From Candidatus Hydrogenedentota bacterium (GTDB lineage: Bacteria > Hydrogenedentota > Hydrogenedentia > Hydrogenedentales > SLHB01): DNA of 64,000 nt. Position numbers and translations under genes: made by a program. The DNA lies in assembly GCA_034408725.1 (NCBI GenBank), contig JAWXCN010000098.1, forward strand, positions 1 through 64,000, written 5' to 3'. The notes beneath the pieces were generated by a model. It ran no database searches and was not told the DNA's origin. It worked only from the letters and a program-made list of their open reading frames with translations. Position 1 is the stretch's first letter; each line of letters opens with the position of its first letter. Below are positions 26,255 to 36,895 of the stretch, piece by piece.

Positions 26255-28737
26255 GCCTCCCGCCTTCCGCGCTGCATGACCGCGTCCACAATAACTGCGC
26301 CGAGGATCAGCGCGCCAATGAAGGCGTTTTGCCAATACGAGCTGATCGCCAACAGCGTTAGCGCGTTGTACAACAGCGCCACCAGGAACGCCCCAAGCAA
26401 CGTGCCAACTGCGGAGCCGCGTCCGCCCAGGATATTCGTTCCGCCAATCACGGCTGCCGCGATTGCCTTCAGTTCCATGCCATCGCCCGTGTTAGATTGG
26501 ACTTTGCCGTAATACGCCGCGTGCAACACAGCAACCAGCCCGACGATGACCCCGGAATATGCGAAGACAAACATCGTGAGGCGTGCCTTGGACAATCCGG
26601 CCTGCCGCGCCGCACTCTCGCTGTTTCCAAGCGCAAGCGCGCGGCGTCCCGCCAGCCGGTACCGCAGCACAGCATGGGTAATCACCGTCAACACCAAAAC
26701 GTAGTAACACAGCTTGGGAACGCCGAACAGGTGTCCGTCCGCCAACGCGCGATACCCCTGCGGAAGGTTCACCACTTCACGCCCGCCCGTTGAAAGGATC
26801 ATGATGCCGCGATAAATGCTGATGCCCGCAAGAGTGATGATAATCGGATGAATTCGCGCCATCAGTGCGATCCCCGCGTTGATCATGCTGCTTGCGCAAC
26901 CCAACGCGCACGCAAGCAACACGCACAGCCCGGGCGACGCCCCATTCACCGCTGCCATGCCCGCCACCGCGGCGACAAGTCCCATCATCGCGCCGACGGA
27001 TATGTCAATGCCGCCCGCGCAAATGATCATCATCGCGCCCTGCGCCATCATTGCCGGCAATGCGGCGTTCGACAGCACATCAAGCAAGTTCCCCGCATTC
27101 GCGAATTCGCTGGGCCGCAACACCGCCATCGCGGCGCAGAGGGCAAGCGTGGTCACAATCAGACCCGACTCGCGCACGTTCAAAAAGCGCGAGAACTTGT
27201 TTAGGCTAACACCTGCCTTTGACTCTGGAGCGGCGCTACGCGGCACCGCCGCGCTCGCGATTGCGTGTTCGCCGTCCACTTTCGGATCAAATTCCCCGGT
27301 AACCTTACCCGCGGACAACGTCACCACGCGATCGCTCATGGCCATGATCTCGGGCAGTTCCGAGCTGATCAACAACACCGCCGCGCCGCGATTGGCGAGA
27401 TCATTGATGAGACTGTGAATCTCCGCCTTTGCCCCAACATCCACGCCGCGCGTGGGCTCATCCAGTATCAGAACGCGCGGCGACGCAGCCTGCCAGCGCC
27501 CGAACACTACTTTCTGCTGGTTGCCGCCGCTCAGCGTGCCGATGGGCAGTTCGATGGACTGCGCGCGCACGCGCATGTCGCGGACGATGCCGCCGGCCAT
27601 TGCGCGTTCCGCGCTTTGATTGATCCACGTCATCCTCGACAGGCGCCGAAGAATCCCGGCGCTCGCGTTCGCGCGAAGCGAGTGACCACGAAATAATCCC
27701 TGAACAAGCCTGTCCTCCGGCAAATACGCGATGCCTTTTCGCAACGCGTCTCGCGGCGACGCGATATGTACGTTATTGCCATCAAGTGAGATCGTCCCGG
27801 CTTCGGCTTTACGCATACCGAACAATGTCTGGCCCAACTCGCTCCGGCCCGCGCCCACAAAGCCGTACAATCCCACGATCTCGCCCGCCCGCACTGAAAG
27901 CGAAACATCACCAAACGCTCCGTGCGCATCCGTCAATCCCGAGACATCCAGTCCGCGGTTGGTATCCGCGGGCTTGGTGCTTCTCTCTCGCGCGTAGAGC
28001 GCGATGGATTCCCGCCCAATCATCGCCGCAACGATGCTATCCATGCTGAGTTCCGCTGCGGGCTGCGTGGTGATTGTCTCGCCGTCGCGCATCACCGTCA
28101 CGCGATCGCACAGAGTCAACACTTCGTCCAATCGATGGCTGACGTACACAATACCCACGCCCGCCCCGCGCAACTCGCGGATAATCGAAAACAGCCGGTG
28201 GATTTCCTTCGCGGTCAGCGAGGCCGTGGGTTCATCGAGAAACAACACCCGCGCATGCTGCGACACCGCCGCCGCTATTTCCGTCATCATCCGCTGCGCA
28301 ACGGACAACGCGCTTGCCCGTTGCCGCACGTCATACGATTCGCCCATGCGCGCGATCTTGGCTTCCGCGGCGAGATTGGTTTTGGTCCAATCGATGAACC
28401 CGCCCGGACCACGCACGAGTCCCTGCGCAAGCAGCATGTTCTCGGCGACGCTTAGTTGCGGAAACAGGTCCGCTTCCTGATGAACAACAGCAATACCCAG
28501 CGCGCGCGCATGCCGGGGATTTTCGATAGTGACGGCTTTCCCGTCGATCTCAATGGCACCCAAGTCCGCGCGCAACACGCCCGTCGCGATATTGATCAGC
28601 GTGCTTTTGCCCGCGCCGTTTTCGCCGACCAGCCCGTGTACCTCGCCTGCGCGCACTTCCAGCCGCGCCCCGCGCAACGCGGGCGCTCCCCCGAAACTTT
28701 TATCTATCTCCGCCAGACGGAGCAGAACCTCACCCAT
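26251..28737 (-). CDS. Fused sugar ABC ATP-binding (tandem NBD) plus permease protein
   Basis: GENGAGKST, DEPT, LSGGNQQKV followed in frame by a GGIDISVG / ELKAIAAAVIGG permease domain. Confidence 0.9.
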   Translation of the reverse strand: MGEVLLRLAEIDKSFGGAPALRGARLEVRAGEVHGLVGENGAGKSTLINIATGVLRADLGAIEIDGKAVTIENPRHARALGIAVVHQEADLFPQLSVAENMLLAQGLVRGPGGFIDWTKTNLAAEAKIARMGESYDVRQRASALSVAQRMMTEIAAAVSQHARVLFLDEPTASLTAKEIHRLFSIIRELRGAGVGIVYVSHRLDEVLTLCDRVTVMRDGETITTQPAAELSMDSIVAAMIGRESIALYARERSTKPADTNRGLDVSGLTDAHGAFGDVSLSVRAGEIVGLYGFVGAGRSELGQTLFGMRKAEAGTISLDGNNVHIASPRDALRKGIAYLPEDRLVQGLFRGHSLRANASAGILRRLSRMTWINQSAERAMAGGIVRDMRVRAQSIELPIGTLSGGNQQKVVFGRWQAASPRVLILDEPTRGVDVGAKAEIHSLINDLANRGAAVLLISSELPEIMAMSDRVVTLSAGKVTGEFDPKVDGEHAIASAAVPRSAAPESKAGVSLNKFSRFLNVRESGLIVTTLALCAAMAVLRPSEFANAGNLLDVLSNAALPAMMAQGAMMIICAGGIDISVGAMMGLVAAVAGMAAVNGASPGLCVLLACALGCASSMINAGIALMARIHPIIITLAGISIYRGIMILSTGGREVVNLPQGYRALADGHLFGVPKLCYYVLVLTVITHAVLRYRLAGRRALALGNSESAARQAGLSKARLTMFVFAYSGVIVGLVAVLHAAYYGKVQSNTGDGMELKAIAAAVIGGTNILGGRGSAVGTLLGAFLVALLYNALTLLAISSYWQNAFIGALILGAVIVDAVMQRGRREA

Positions 28738-28854
28738 GGTGAAGGGATGGTAGTGCGCCGCAGAAGTATGATCAACCGAACCGAAGATCGGCATCGAATT
28801 TGGAAATGGGTTTATTCGATATTATGCTGCTGGCGTTCAATTTGGAGTACACCC

Positions 28855-29037
28855 ATGCGCAATTCCTACACAGCAGTAATTCAACGCAGCGGAGAGTGGT
28901 GGATTGGTTGGATTGAAGAGATTTCCGGTGTAAATAGCCAAGGCCATACGCGCGAAGAACTGTTGAAAAATCTACGTTCGGCGCTGGAAGAGGCAAAGGA
29001 AATGAACTTTGTGGAATTATCCACTAGAGGCGATTAA
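28855..29037 (+). CDS. HicB-family antitoxin (short, possibly 3'-truncated)
   Basis: YTAVI....WWIGWIEEI.GVNSQG.TREEL..NL..AL. Confidence 0.8.
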   Translation: MRNSYTAVIQRSGEWWIGWIEEISGVNSQGHTREELLKNLRSALEEAKEMNFVELSTRGD

Positions 29038-29150
29038 GTTTTAAGTCCCCTTTTGAAAAGGATTCAAGGGACGTATATTTTCGACATCACTGCTCAAGTT
29101 GAGCGCCGCATTAAGTCCCCCTTTGAAGGGGGATTTAGGAGGATGTTGCT

Positions 29151-30068
29151 TTAGCGCCTGATAGCCATACAATTCGTCGCCGGCAACACGCCCCGCACCT
29201 GCAACCACTTCAACAACAATCCCGGCCATTCGCCCACCGAATTCCCTGGCGCGCGCACGCCGCCCATGCCCACGCCATGCTTGCCCTGCTCGAACAAATG
29301 CATCTCCACGGGCACACCCGCCTTCACGCATGCCTCGAAAAACAGGATTGCATTCGCAACCGGCACGGCCTGATCCATTGTCGTATGCAGAATAAAGGTG
29401 GGCGGTGTGTTCGCGTTTACGTGCAGTTGTGTCGAGCACTCTTTTACTAACGCCGGATCGGGACTCTCTCCCAATAGATTTTTCACACACCCCGCATGCG
29501 TCGCTGGTCCTTCCATCGTCGTCACCGCATACACTAGCACGATGAAATCCGGCCGCGTCGATACCCGCTCGACTGCATCCTCCGAATCCGGCTTTCCGTC
29601 GATATAATGCACGCCTGTCATCGCGCTAAGGTGTCCGCCCGCGGAGAAACCGAGTATCCCGATTTTATTCGGATCGATCTTCCATTCCGCCGCATGCGAC
29701 CGCACGATGCGCACCGCGCGTTGCGCGTCCTGTTGCGGCGCGGGATATTTGTAGCGCGGCGCGAGACGATACTGCAGAACATACGCGGACACGCCGTTGG
29801 ATTGCAGCCACTGCGCGACTTCGTGTCCTTCGTATCCCATCGCAAGGCCGCTGTACCCGCCGCCAGGACACACGATGACGCTCGCGCCGGTGTTCTTATC
29901 CGCAGGAGCGGGGTAGAGGTACAAGGTCGGCACGTCTAACGGTTCAGTGCCCACCGCGCCCGGTGCGCCATCCGGCCAAACAGGAATTGATTCCACACCC
30001 GCGGGCGCACTAACCTCCGCTGCACCAAACAAAGCGCTGAACATAAATAACGCTCCAACAATCCCCAC
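29151..30068 (-). CDS. Secreted alpha/beta hydrolase (esterase)
   Basis: CPGGGY, GFSAGGHL nucleophile elbow, DQAVP, HGVG. Confidence 0.9.
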   Translation of the reverse strand: MGIVGALFMFSALFGAAEVSAPAGVESIPVWPDGAPGAVGTEPLDVPTLYLYPAPADKNTGASVIVCPGGGYSGLAMGYEGHEVAQWLQSNGVSAYVLQYRLAPRYKYPAPQQDAQRAVRIVRSHAAEWKIDPNKIGILGFSAGGHLSAMTGVHYIDGKPDSEDAVERVSTRPDFIVLVYAVTTMEGPATHAGCVKNLLGESPDPALVKECSTQLHVNANTPPTFILHTTMDQAVPVANAILFFEACVKAGVPVEMHLFEQGKHGVGMGGVRAPGNSVGEWPGLLLKWLQVRGVLPATNCMAIRR

Positions 30069-30154
30069 TCCAACACGCTCCCTTCAGTTTTTTTCACACA
30101 TCGGGACCCGCAGGTCAGATATCCGCTTCACATGCCATATCGGTCGGTACCATT

Positions 30155-30362
30155 TCGTGCTCGTGCTCGTGCTCGTCATCGTAATTGTAATCGTAGATCG
30201 AGTTCTTCGTTGACCTCGAGGTGGTTTGCCGGAGTTGACGAGCACCGATTACGATGACGAGCACGAGCACGAAAAGACGATCGCGCGTTATGGCCGGTCT
30301 CCCGATCGCGCGTTGTGGCCGGTCTCCCGACCGCGCCCCACCCCACCGACCGAAGGTCTCCA
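30155..30362. repeat. Inverted hexamer repeat pair (TCGTGC / GCACGA) followed by a 25-bp tandem duplication
   Basis: 30155-30200 pairs with 30246-30274; CGATCGCGCGTTRTGGCCGGTCTCC at 30278-30302 and 30303-30327. Confidence 0.8.
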
Positions 30363-30370
30363 TCCTTCCA

Positions 30371-33300
30371 CTATTCCACCGTCAAGTCCACCTCGGTCTC
30401 TTCACCTTCCACAACATTGATCGTGCGAGACGCCTTCTTGTACGTCTGCCCCGCGCTTTGCGGGTTCACACCCACCGCCAATACGGTATATTCTCCAGGC
30501 TCGATGCCTTCGACGAAGAACCTGCCTTCCGTTATCTGCGCCGCGCCTGCCATCTGACCCTGCAGTTCTTGGTACAGCGATTGCAAATCTCCAGAAACGT
30601 CGATTTGCCCTCGAAAAAGCGACACGCTCGCAAACCATCCTTCAGGCACTCCGCTTACACTTCCGCTTACCCGCATCCCGCCCGAAAGTTCGATGTCATG
30701 ACGTATCGTCCTGCGGTCCTCGAGTTGCACCTGAAACGACCGCGCCTGCTGAAATTGACCGTCGGTGTTAACGTAGACCATGAGTGTCGCCGCCCCCGGC
30801 GGAAGACCGTCAAGCTTGTACGCGCCTTTTGAATCGGCTTGCGCGTGAGCATTCTCGGAGTTCCCATCATCAGCCGCAATCGTTAAATTCACGCTTGCGC
30901 TACTTACCGGCTGACCGTCGCGCGTGATGACGCCTTCGACGCCCGCCGTCCCTTCCGTGATATCGAAATCGACCGTGGTAACTTGATCCGCGGCGACGGT
31001 CGCTTGCTTTGAAATTTGGCGCCGTCCCGCCCCAGGCTGGTTGCCGTACACGGTCAGGCTTACCGTTCCCTCCGGCAACCCGTTGAAGGTGAACTGGCCG
31101 GAACCATTTACTTCCGACTGCGCATTGTATCCTTGACCTTCGCCTTCTGGAACGTGCAACGAAACACCATAGCCACTCGCCACTGGCCGCCCGGCAACAC
31201 GAATCGTGCCATTGATGACTCCGCCGCTGCCCAGCACGATGTTGACCATCGCGGCGCCGCCCGCGGCCGGCGTTGCCGTCGCGCTCGCCGTTGCATACTC
31301 ACCGTGCGTTGCATAAACCCGCGTGTTTTCCGCGGCCAATGATTCGATGCGAAATGAGCCGTCGGCATCCGTCGTCGCATTTGCCGGTCGCTGTTGGCGC
31401 TCCCACTCCTGCGTGGGAACACGGCCAATATAGATACTCGCGCCTGCCACGGCCTGTCCCTGCTTGTTTGTCACAACGCCCTCAATAACACCGCCTGCAT
31501 CCAGCCGGACATCCACGCCCGACGTCGTCTGCCCTTCGCGCACGCCGGGCACTTTGTGCAACTTCGGCGCATACCCTTGCGCGGTCACATACAATGCCGC
31601 GTCCCCGTCGTTCCCGCGAATCTCGAAACGGCCATTCTCATCCACGAACGTCTGGCCGGTCCCCATATAGTTTCCCGGCTCGATTCGCTCTATGCGTCCC
31701 ACCAGAGGAATAATGGAAAACGTCTTCACCGGCTGTCCCGATTGCGCTTCCAACACGCGCCCCTGAATCGTGCCCTTTCCGCGCAAAGTAATCGTCATGT
31801 TCGGATTCGGGACTTCCACCTCTTGTTGCTGATCCGGTTGCGAATAGTCCTGGTGGTGGGCGCCGTACCAATGCGTGCCCGCCTGCAATCCGACAATCTC
31901 GAATTTGCCTTCCGCGTCCGTCTGCGCATACCCGCTGCTGTTGCCATTCCGGGAATGTGCATTCACCGATACATCCCGGATGGGTTTTCCCGTACTATCG
32001 ATTACGCGCCCGGCCAGCTTCATGCCCGTATCAAAGTCGCATACCAATCGCACCCCGGTGACGTTTTCACCCTGAGTAAGTTGTATGTCATTGCCCGCCG
32101 GTAATGTCGGTTCGCGCCACGTGCGTGGCGGGCGCACCTGAAGTTTGTAAGTCCCCGCCGCGAGACCCTGGACCTTAAACACGCCCTCTTCCTGACTCGA
32201 CGCCTGTTGCGCCTGCTGTCCCGCCTCCGGGTTTTGCGGCATCGCGGTGACATAGGCGTCAACGAGCGGCTTTCCTTCCTTGTCCACCACGATTCCTGCG
32301 ATGCTGCCGCCCGTGTCCATCACGATTTCAACGTCGTTTTTGTCGGAATCGCCTATCACAACGTCTTGCAGCGGCGGCGCGGAGAAGCCCTGCTTCGATG
32401 CCGTAATTGTAAGTTTCGCTCCCGGTGAGAATCCCCGGTGAATGAACCGGCCCTTCTCATCCGTCACCATGGTTTCGCCTTCAAGATTTTCGGCATCGAC
32501 ACTTTCGACATTTACCTGCGCCAGCGGTTCGCCGCTCTTGTCCACGACTCGCCCACGCAGGAACAATCCAGCCGGAACGGCAAAATCGATGCCTGTTACT
32601 TCCTGCCCAAGACCTACAGTGACTTGTTTGTCCTCCCGCGATTCCCCATGGCGGTATCCCGACATCCACAAGCGCCGGACCGTGTACTGGCCCGCCGGCA
32701 ACCCCTCAATACGGTACATTCCGTCCTCGTCCGTCGTCGCTTCGGCGCTCGCATATCCGCCCTGGGGCGAGCGCGGCCGAAACGCCATCCCCACGATTGG
32801 CGTGCCGGTTTCCGCATCCGTAGCAATGCCCGACACTGAACCCCCCATCGCCACCACGAGTTGAATATTATCGATGCTGTTTGCGTCTTCGATCTGAATA
32901 GACGGCGCTTGGCCCGCGAGGATATGGGCCTGTTTCTCAATCGTGAGCTGGTACGCACCGTCCGCGAGGTCCGCGATAGCGAACGCGCCGTCTGTGCCGG
33001 ACGTTACCTCGTGCGCGTTCAAACGCCCGCCACCCCGAAGCCGCACGGCGATGTTCGGCTGCGGCTTGGAAGATTCGGCGGCCACCACCGTGCCCGAAAT
33101 CATGCCGCCATGTTTGAGCACGATCTGCACACCCGTGCCGTCATGCGGCACGTCCAGCACCTCACCTACTGCGTATCCCTCGGCCTTCGCTTCAATGGTC
33201 CATGTGCCCTTCTGCACGAAGTTCAAGGTAAACTGTCCGTCCGCATCCGTCTTGGTTTGCGAGTCGCCTCCGTAAATATCGCGTGTACCGCTCTTTCCCC

Positions 33301-33922
33301 GGCCCAACGCCACCAGCACGTCCTGAATCGGTTCCTGCTGTTCATTGACCACGCGACCGGCGATCGCACCCACCGGATGAAGCTGAAGATCGACCACGTG
33401 GTCTTCGGGTTCGCGCGGGTTGATATATGCGCTACCCACCGCGGCCAAATCGTCCTTTTGCGCGATGACCGTGAAATTACCGGCGGGAAGTTTTTCAAAC
33501 CGAAAGAAACCCTTGCCGTCAGAAGTGGTGGTCCATTGTGAATCTTCGTCGTGTACCTGAATGATCGCGTCGCGATCCTTCCAGATCAGTTGAAGCTCCG
33601 TCCCGCCCACAGGCAGTAAGTCTTCTTCCATGGTGACTTGACCCCGGATGGCAGACGGTCCGGATCGAGCGCCTTTGCGGGTTTCGCGCGGGTTCGCACT
33701 CGATGTCGTGGCTGAAGGAGCAAAGCGGCTGGGCCGGCGTGACGACGTGATGTCCGGAGCGTCAGCTCGCGCGCGCGGTTCGTCGTCTGTTGCCTGGGTG
33801 GTTCCCGCCGTTTGCACTGTTGCGGGCTGGTTACTGCTCCTCCCCCAGATGGCATACCACAAACCGCCCAGCACCACGAGCATGACCGCCAACAGCCCCA
33901 TAAACCGGGCGTTTTGATTCAT
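30371..33922 (-). CDS. Large membrane-anchored protein of tandem carboxypeptidase-regulatory-like beta-sandwich repeats
   Basis: N-terminal TM, then about eleven ~90-aa repeats G.I.G.V....G.P......TD..G.F....L..G.Y. Confidence 0.85.
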   Translation of the reverse strand: MNQNARFMGLLAVMLVVLGGLWYAIWGRSSNQPATVQTAGTTQATDDEPRARADAPDITSSRRPSRFAPSATTSSANPRETRKGARSGPSAIRGQVTMEEDLLPVGGTELQLIWKDRDAIIQVHDEDSQWTTTSDGKGFFRFEKLPAGNFTVIAQKDDLAAVGSAYINPREPEDHVVDLQLHPVGAIAGRVVNEQQEPIQDVLVALGRGKSGTRDIYGGDSQTKTDADGQFTLNFVQKGTWTIEAKAEGYAVGEVLDVPHDGTGVQIVLKHGGMISGTVVAAESSKPQPNIAVRLRGGGRLNAHEVTSGTDGAFAIADLADGAYQLTIEKQAHILAGQAPSIQIEDANSIDNIQLVVAMGGSVSGIATDAETGTPIVGMAFRPRSPQGGYASAEATTDEDGMYRIEGLPAGQYTVRRLWMSGYRHGESREDKQVTVGLGQEVTGIDFAVPAGLFLRGRVVDKSGEPLAQVNVESVDAENLEGETMVTDEKGRFIHRGFSPGAKLTITASKQGFSAPPLQDVVIGDSDKNDVEIVMDTGGSIAGIVVDKEGKPLVDAYVTAMPQNPEAGQQAQQASSQEEGVFKVQGLAAGTYKLQVRPPRTWREPTLPAGNDIQLTQGENVTGVRLVCDFDTGMKLAGRVIDSTGKPIRDVSVNAHSRNGNSSGYAQTDAEGKFEIVGLQAGTHWYGAHHQDYSQPDQQQEVEVPNPNMTITLRGKGTIQGRVLEAQSGQPVKTFSIIPLVGRIERIEPGNYMGTGQTFVDENGRFEIRGNDGDAALYVTAQGYAPKLHKVPGVREGQTTSGVDVRLDAGGVIEGVVTNKQGQAVAGASIYIGRVPTQEWERQQRPANATTDADGSFRIESLAAENTRVYATHGEYATASATATPAAGGAAMVNIVLGSGGVINGTIRVAGRPVASGYGVSLHVPEGEGQGYNAQSEVNGSGQFTFNGLPEGTVSLTVYGNQPGAGRRQISKQATVAADQVTTVDFDITEGTAGVEGVITRDGQPVSSASVNLTIAADDGNSENAHAQADSKGAYKLDGLPPGAATLMVYVNTDGQFQQARSFQVQLEDRRTIRHDIELSGGMRVSGSVSGVPEGWFASVSLFRGQIDVSGDLQSLYQELQGQMAGAAQITEGRFFVEGIEPGEYTVLAVGVNPQSAGQTYKKASRTINVVEGEETEVDLTVE

Positions 33923-34041
33923 TGTCACAACTCCCCCAAATTTCCCTGCAATGAAAAGACGCAACCCACCCAAGTAAAGATGACACTCCTACACGAGAAT
34001 GATCAACACGTACTCGTTTCCAAAGCTCCAGCCCTCATTCC

Positions 34042-34845
34042 CTACACAACCGCCTCGTTCGTCAGCGCCGATTGCTCCTCTGCGCGAATGCGGACCCCTC
34101 TCACCATGATATTCGGCCGCCCGATACTCTGTCCCGACAATTGCCGGTTCAGCGGATCGCGGTACCCGCACCGAACCAACCGGCGCACCTTGTCCGTCGT
34201 GTTCACGTAACTGCCATGCACCGTAAATATACTGAAAACCACAACGTCGCCCCGTTTGGCGGGCACGGGAACCGTGTCTTCCAGGCGATACACGTTGGTG
34301 TCCAGATGCGGCGTGCATGCCTCTCCATCGGTTTGCATCGTGACGTGCGGCAACGCGCCAGCCTTGTGCGATCCGGGCAGAAACCGTATTTCGCCGTTCG
34401 CGTGACACGTGTCGTCCAGATGCACCAACACGTCAAGGTAACGGTCATCCGCATGTTCATAGAATGCATTATCCTGGTGCATCGGAAACGGATGCCCAGT
34501 CTCCGGCGGTTTTGCGTGCAACGTGGTGTGATGCAGCTCAAGATTCGACCCGCCAATCAACTGCGCCAGCGCATCGCACAATAAAGGCTTGGTCACCGCG
34601 CGCATCCAAGCCTCCGAATAAAAATGAAGATCGTGTAGCGATGTCAATCGCGATTTCTGTTCTGTCGCCGCATCCATCAGTACGCTGCGCCACGGCCCGG
34701 TCCACCCGATCTCCGTGTGCGCCCATTGGTCCATCAGGAAATCGAGTTGCTCCTCGAGTGCATCCATTTCCTGTGCTGTGAATACTTGAGGAATCCGCAA
34801 AAACCCCGTTTCGTTGTACGCATCCATCTGGTCTTGCGCGAGCAT
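34042..34845 (-). CDS. Phytanoyl-CoA dioxygenase family (Fe/2OG) protein
   Basis: Y.E.GFL, KPP, HQD, PGSHK, HGS..N....RR; SD GGAGG before ATG 34845. Confidence 0.9.
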   Translation of the reverse strand: MLAQDQMDAYNETGFLRIPQVFTAQEMDALEEQLDFLMDQWAHTEIGWTGPWRSVLMDAATEQKSRLTSLHDLHFYSEAWMRAVTKPLLCDALAQLIGGSNLELHHTTLHAKPPETGHPFPMHQDNAFYEHADDRYLDVLVHLDDTCHANGEIRFLPGSHKAGALPHVTMQTDGEACTPHLDTNVYRLEDTVPVPAKRGDVVVFSIFTVHGSYVNTTDKVRRLVRCGYRDPLNRQLSGQSIGRPNIMVRGVRIRAEEQSALTNEAVV

Positions 34846-34867
34846 GTGTACCTCCACAGCGTTCCGT

Positions 34868-35416
34868 TTACCGTTCGTCGTGATACTCTTTAAGCATCAT
34901 GCTCGCCCAGCCGGCTACCGCTCCCGCGCCACACCCCATCAGCGCATACATGTGCGCGCCATGGTCCGGCACAGAGACCGCCGCGGCCTCGATTCCATAA
35001 TTGACCAGCATTTCCGCGCCGCCAATCCCAGTCCCGTAAATCGCCGCGATTCCCGGCGCGAGTTCGAGCGTCGATGTCACCCCCCAGATACTTCCAATCA
35101 TGAAACCCACCAACGCGCCAAATTCGAACCCGCTTACCGCGCCCGAGGTTCCGACATTATCCCAAAACATGATCCACATGCAGACTCCGCCCAACAGCCC
35201 CAATGGAATGGCAACGATAAGACCCCATTTGAGACCGCTCAATGCAGCCTGTCGATAATTCGGTTTCGGTTTTGGGGCCGTGATGGAAGCCGGCTGTTGA
35301 CGTGCCGCTGGACCGCCCACCAGATCCGCGGACAATGTAATGTCCGCACGGCAAACGGGGCACTGACCCACGACGGTTTCTTGCGAAACGTACCCGCATA
35401 CTGGACAAGCACTCAT
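34868..35416 (-). CDS. Hypothetical membrane protein with N-terminal zinc ribbon
   Basis: CPVC..CPVC followed by Gly-rich TM helices. Confidence 0.7.
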   Translation of the reverse strand: MSACPVCGYVSQETVVGQCPVCRADITLSADLVGGPAARQQPASITAPKPKPNYRQAALSGLKWGLIVAIPLGLLGGVCMWIMFWDNVGTSGAVSGFEFGALVGFMIGSIWGVTSTLELAPGIAAIYGTGIGGAEMLVNYGIEAAAVSVPDHGAHMYALMGCGAGAVAGWASMMLKEYHDER

Positions 35417-35565
35417 GTCTTCGCACCTTTATGGCCCTCGCCGGGCCTTATTGGACGTTATAGCACAATACCCGCCACGCGGCGTCTCCGATTGCAAGGT
35501 TGCCAGTTACCGTTATCGCCGGGTACAATCCGTTTTCCAGGTTTCAGAAGAAAGTGAGCGTAACC

Positions 35566-36462
35566 ATGCGCGTATTCGCCTTCTACATTTTCGCCGCCTG
35601 TATCCTGACACTTTCGGGTTGCGATTCTTCTACTCCCGCTCCGCCGACAGCAGGCCCTGTCCCTGGCGCCCAAAACGCCGCACCCAAGCCGACGGACGCC
35701 CAAGCCCTGTTTGATCGCTGGAAAATGGTCGTCACTGATCCTCAAATAAATGCCCAAGGTTCAGAGCACTTGGCCATTACCAGTCAATTGGTCAATACGG
35801 CGCCCGAAATGCTGGACAAGATGATCGACCTCCTCGTTGACCCCGCAACCCAGCCTGTATCTCAATACATGATTGTGGATTGCCTGGGTTTTGCGCAAAA
35901 CGCTAAACTGCATCCACGGCTCCTGACGCTCACCGAACCCGGCACGGACCCCATCATCCGCACGCATGTCACGACGATACTGGCCAGGTCAATCGACCCG
36001 CATATCGTAGACCGCGTCCGGCTACTCGCCAACGATCCCGAACGCAGAGTGAAACTCGCGGCGCTGAGCGGACTGACCGAGGCGGGCGATTCCGCATCTC
36101 GCGAGCTGTTGCGCGAATACTACTTCACCGAAGGCCTGCCACCGGAACATCGCGCAAGACTGGTGGAGGCCCTGTCCGCTGCGCCTCATGCGTCTTGCCT
36201 CGACGTTTTCACCCATGCAGCCCAGGACGCTACCCTGCCCGAAAACTTCCGCATAGCAGCCGTTAGGTCTCTGGGTCGATTAGCCGATCCTGCCGCACTA
36301 CCTGCGCTGGAAATCGTTGCCAACGACGCCAACGCCCCCGCCACGCTCAAGCAGATCGCGGGCAGCGCCGTCGAGGTAATCAAAACTTCACCAGCGACTA
36401 GCGAAACGCCAACCTCCCCGGTCGGTCCGGCGCCATCACCGTCTGCGCCAACACCTCCATAA
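35566..36462 (+). CDS. HEAT-repeat lipoprotein
   Basis: Lipobox LSGC, D....VK.AAL..L and R.AAVRSLG helical repeats. Confidence 0.75.
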   Translation: MRVFAFYIFAACILTLSGCDSSTPAPPTAGPVPGAQNAAPKPTDAQALFDRWKMVVTDPQINAQGSEHLAITSQLVNTAPEMLDKMIDLLVDPATQPVSQYMIVDCLGFAQNAKLHPRLLTLTEPGTDPIIRTHVTTILARSIDPHIVDRVRLLANDPERRVKLAALSGLTEAGDSASRELLREYYFTEGLPPEHRARLVEALSAAPHASCLDVFTHAAQDATLPENFRIAAVRSLGRLADPAALPALEIVANDANAPATLKQIAGSAVEVIKTSPATSETPTSPVGPAPSPSAPTPP

Positions 36463-36550
36463 GCAGTTTGCGGAGGTGTAATTGTGGAAAAGTGCCGGCT
36501 GTGGTACAATTTTCAATAATTGTTGACGCTTATGTACTGAGGAAAGCATC

Positions 36551-36889
36551 GTGTTATTCCGGCGCGCGTTCAATAGGCGGCAGTTCGAGGATTGTGATCC
36601 GACTGCGCCAGCCCGATACGCCATCTTCAAGAAACAATTTGTTGTTCCGTTCGAGAAGATGACGAAAGGAACGGTGTCTGAACGCGGTGGTGAATCTATT
36701 CGACAGTTCGGTGTGTACGTTGACGGTGTGGTGCGCCTGGTGACCAGCGGGGAAATGGTCGACAGGGAAACGTACGATGCGCTCATCGCGGCGGGTGCTA
36801 TAGCCCCTGACCCTGACTACGTGCCCGAAACCCCAAAGGACGGGCCGAAGGTGCGGATGGTCTCCGTCACGGAAGGCGATATGGAGTAA
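36551..36889 (+). CDS. Hypothetical protein
   Basis: 112-aa ORF with GTG start, 6 bp upstream of the glycosyltransferase. Confidence 0.65.
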   Translation: MLFRRAFNRRQFEDCDPTAPARYAIFKKQFVVPFEKMTKGTVSERGGESIRQFGVYVDGVVRLVTSGEMVDRETYDALIAAGAIAPDPDYVPETPKDGPKVRMVSVTEGDME

Positions 36890-36895
36890 AAGCGG

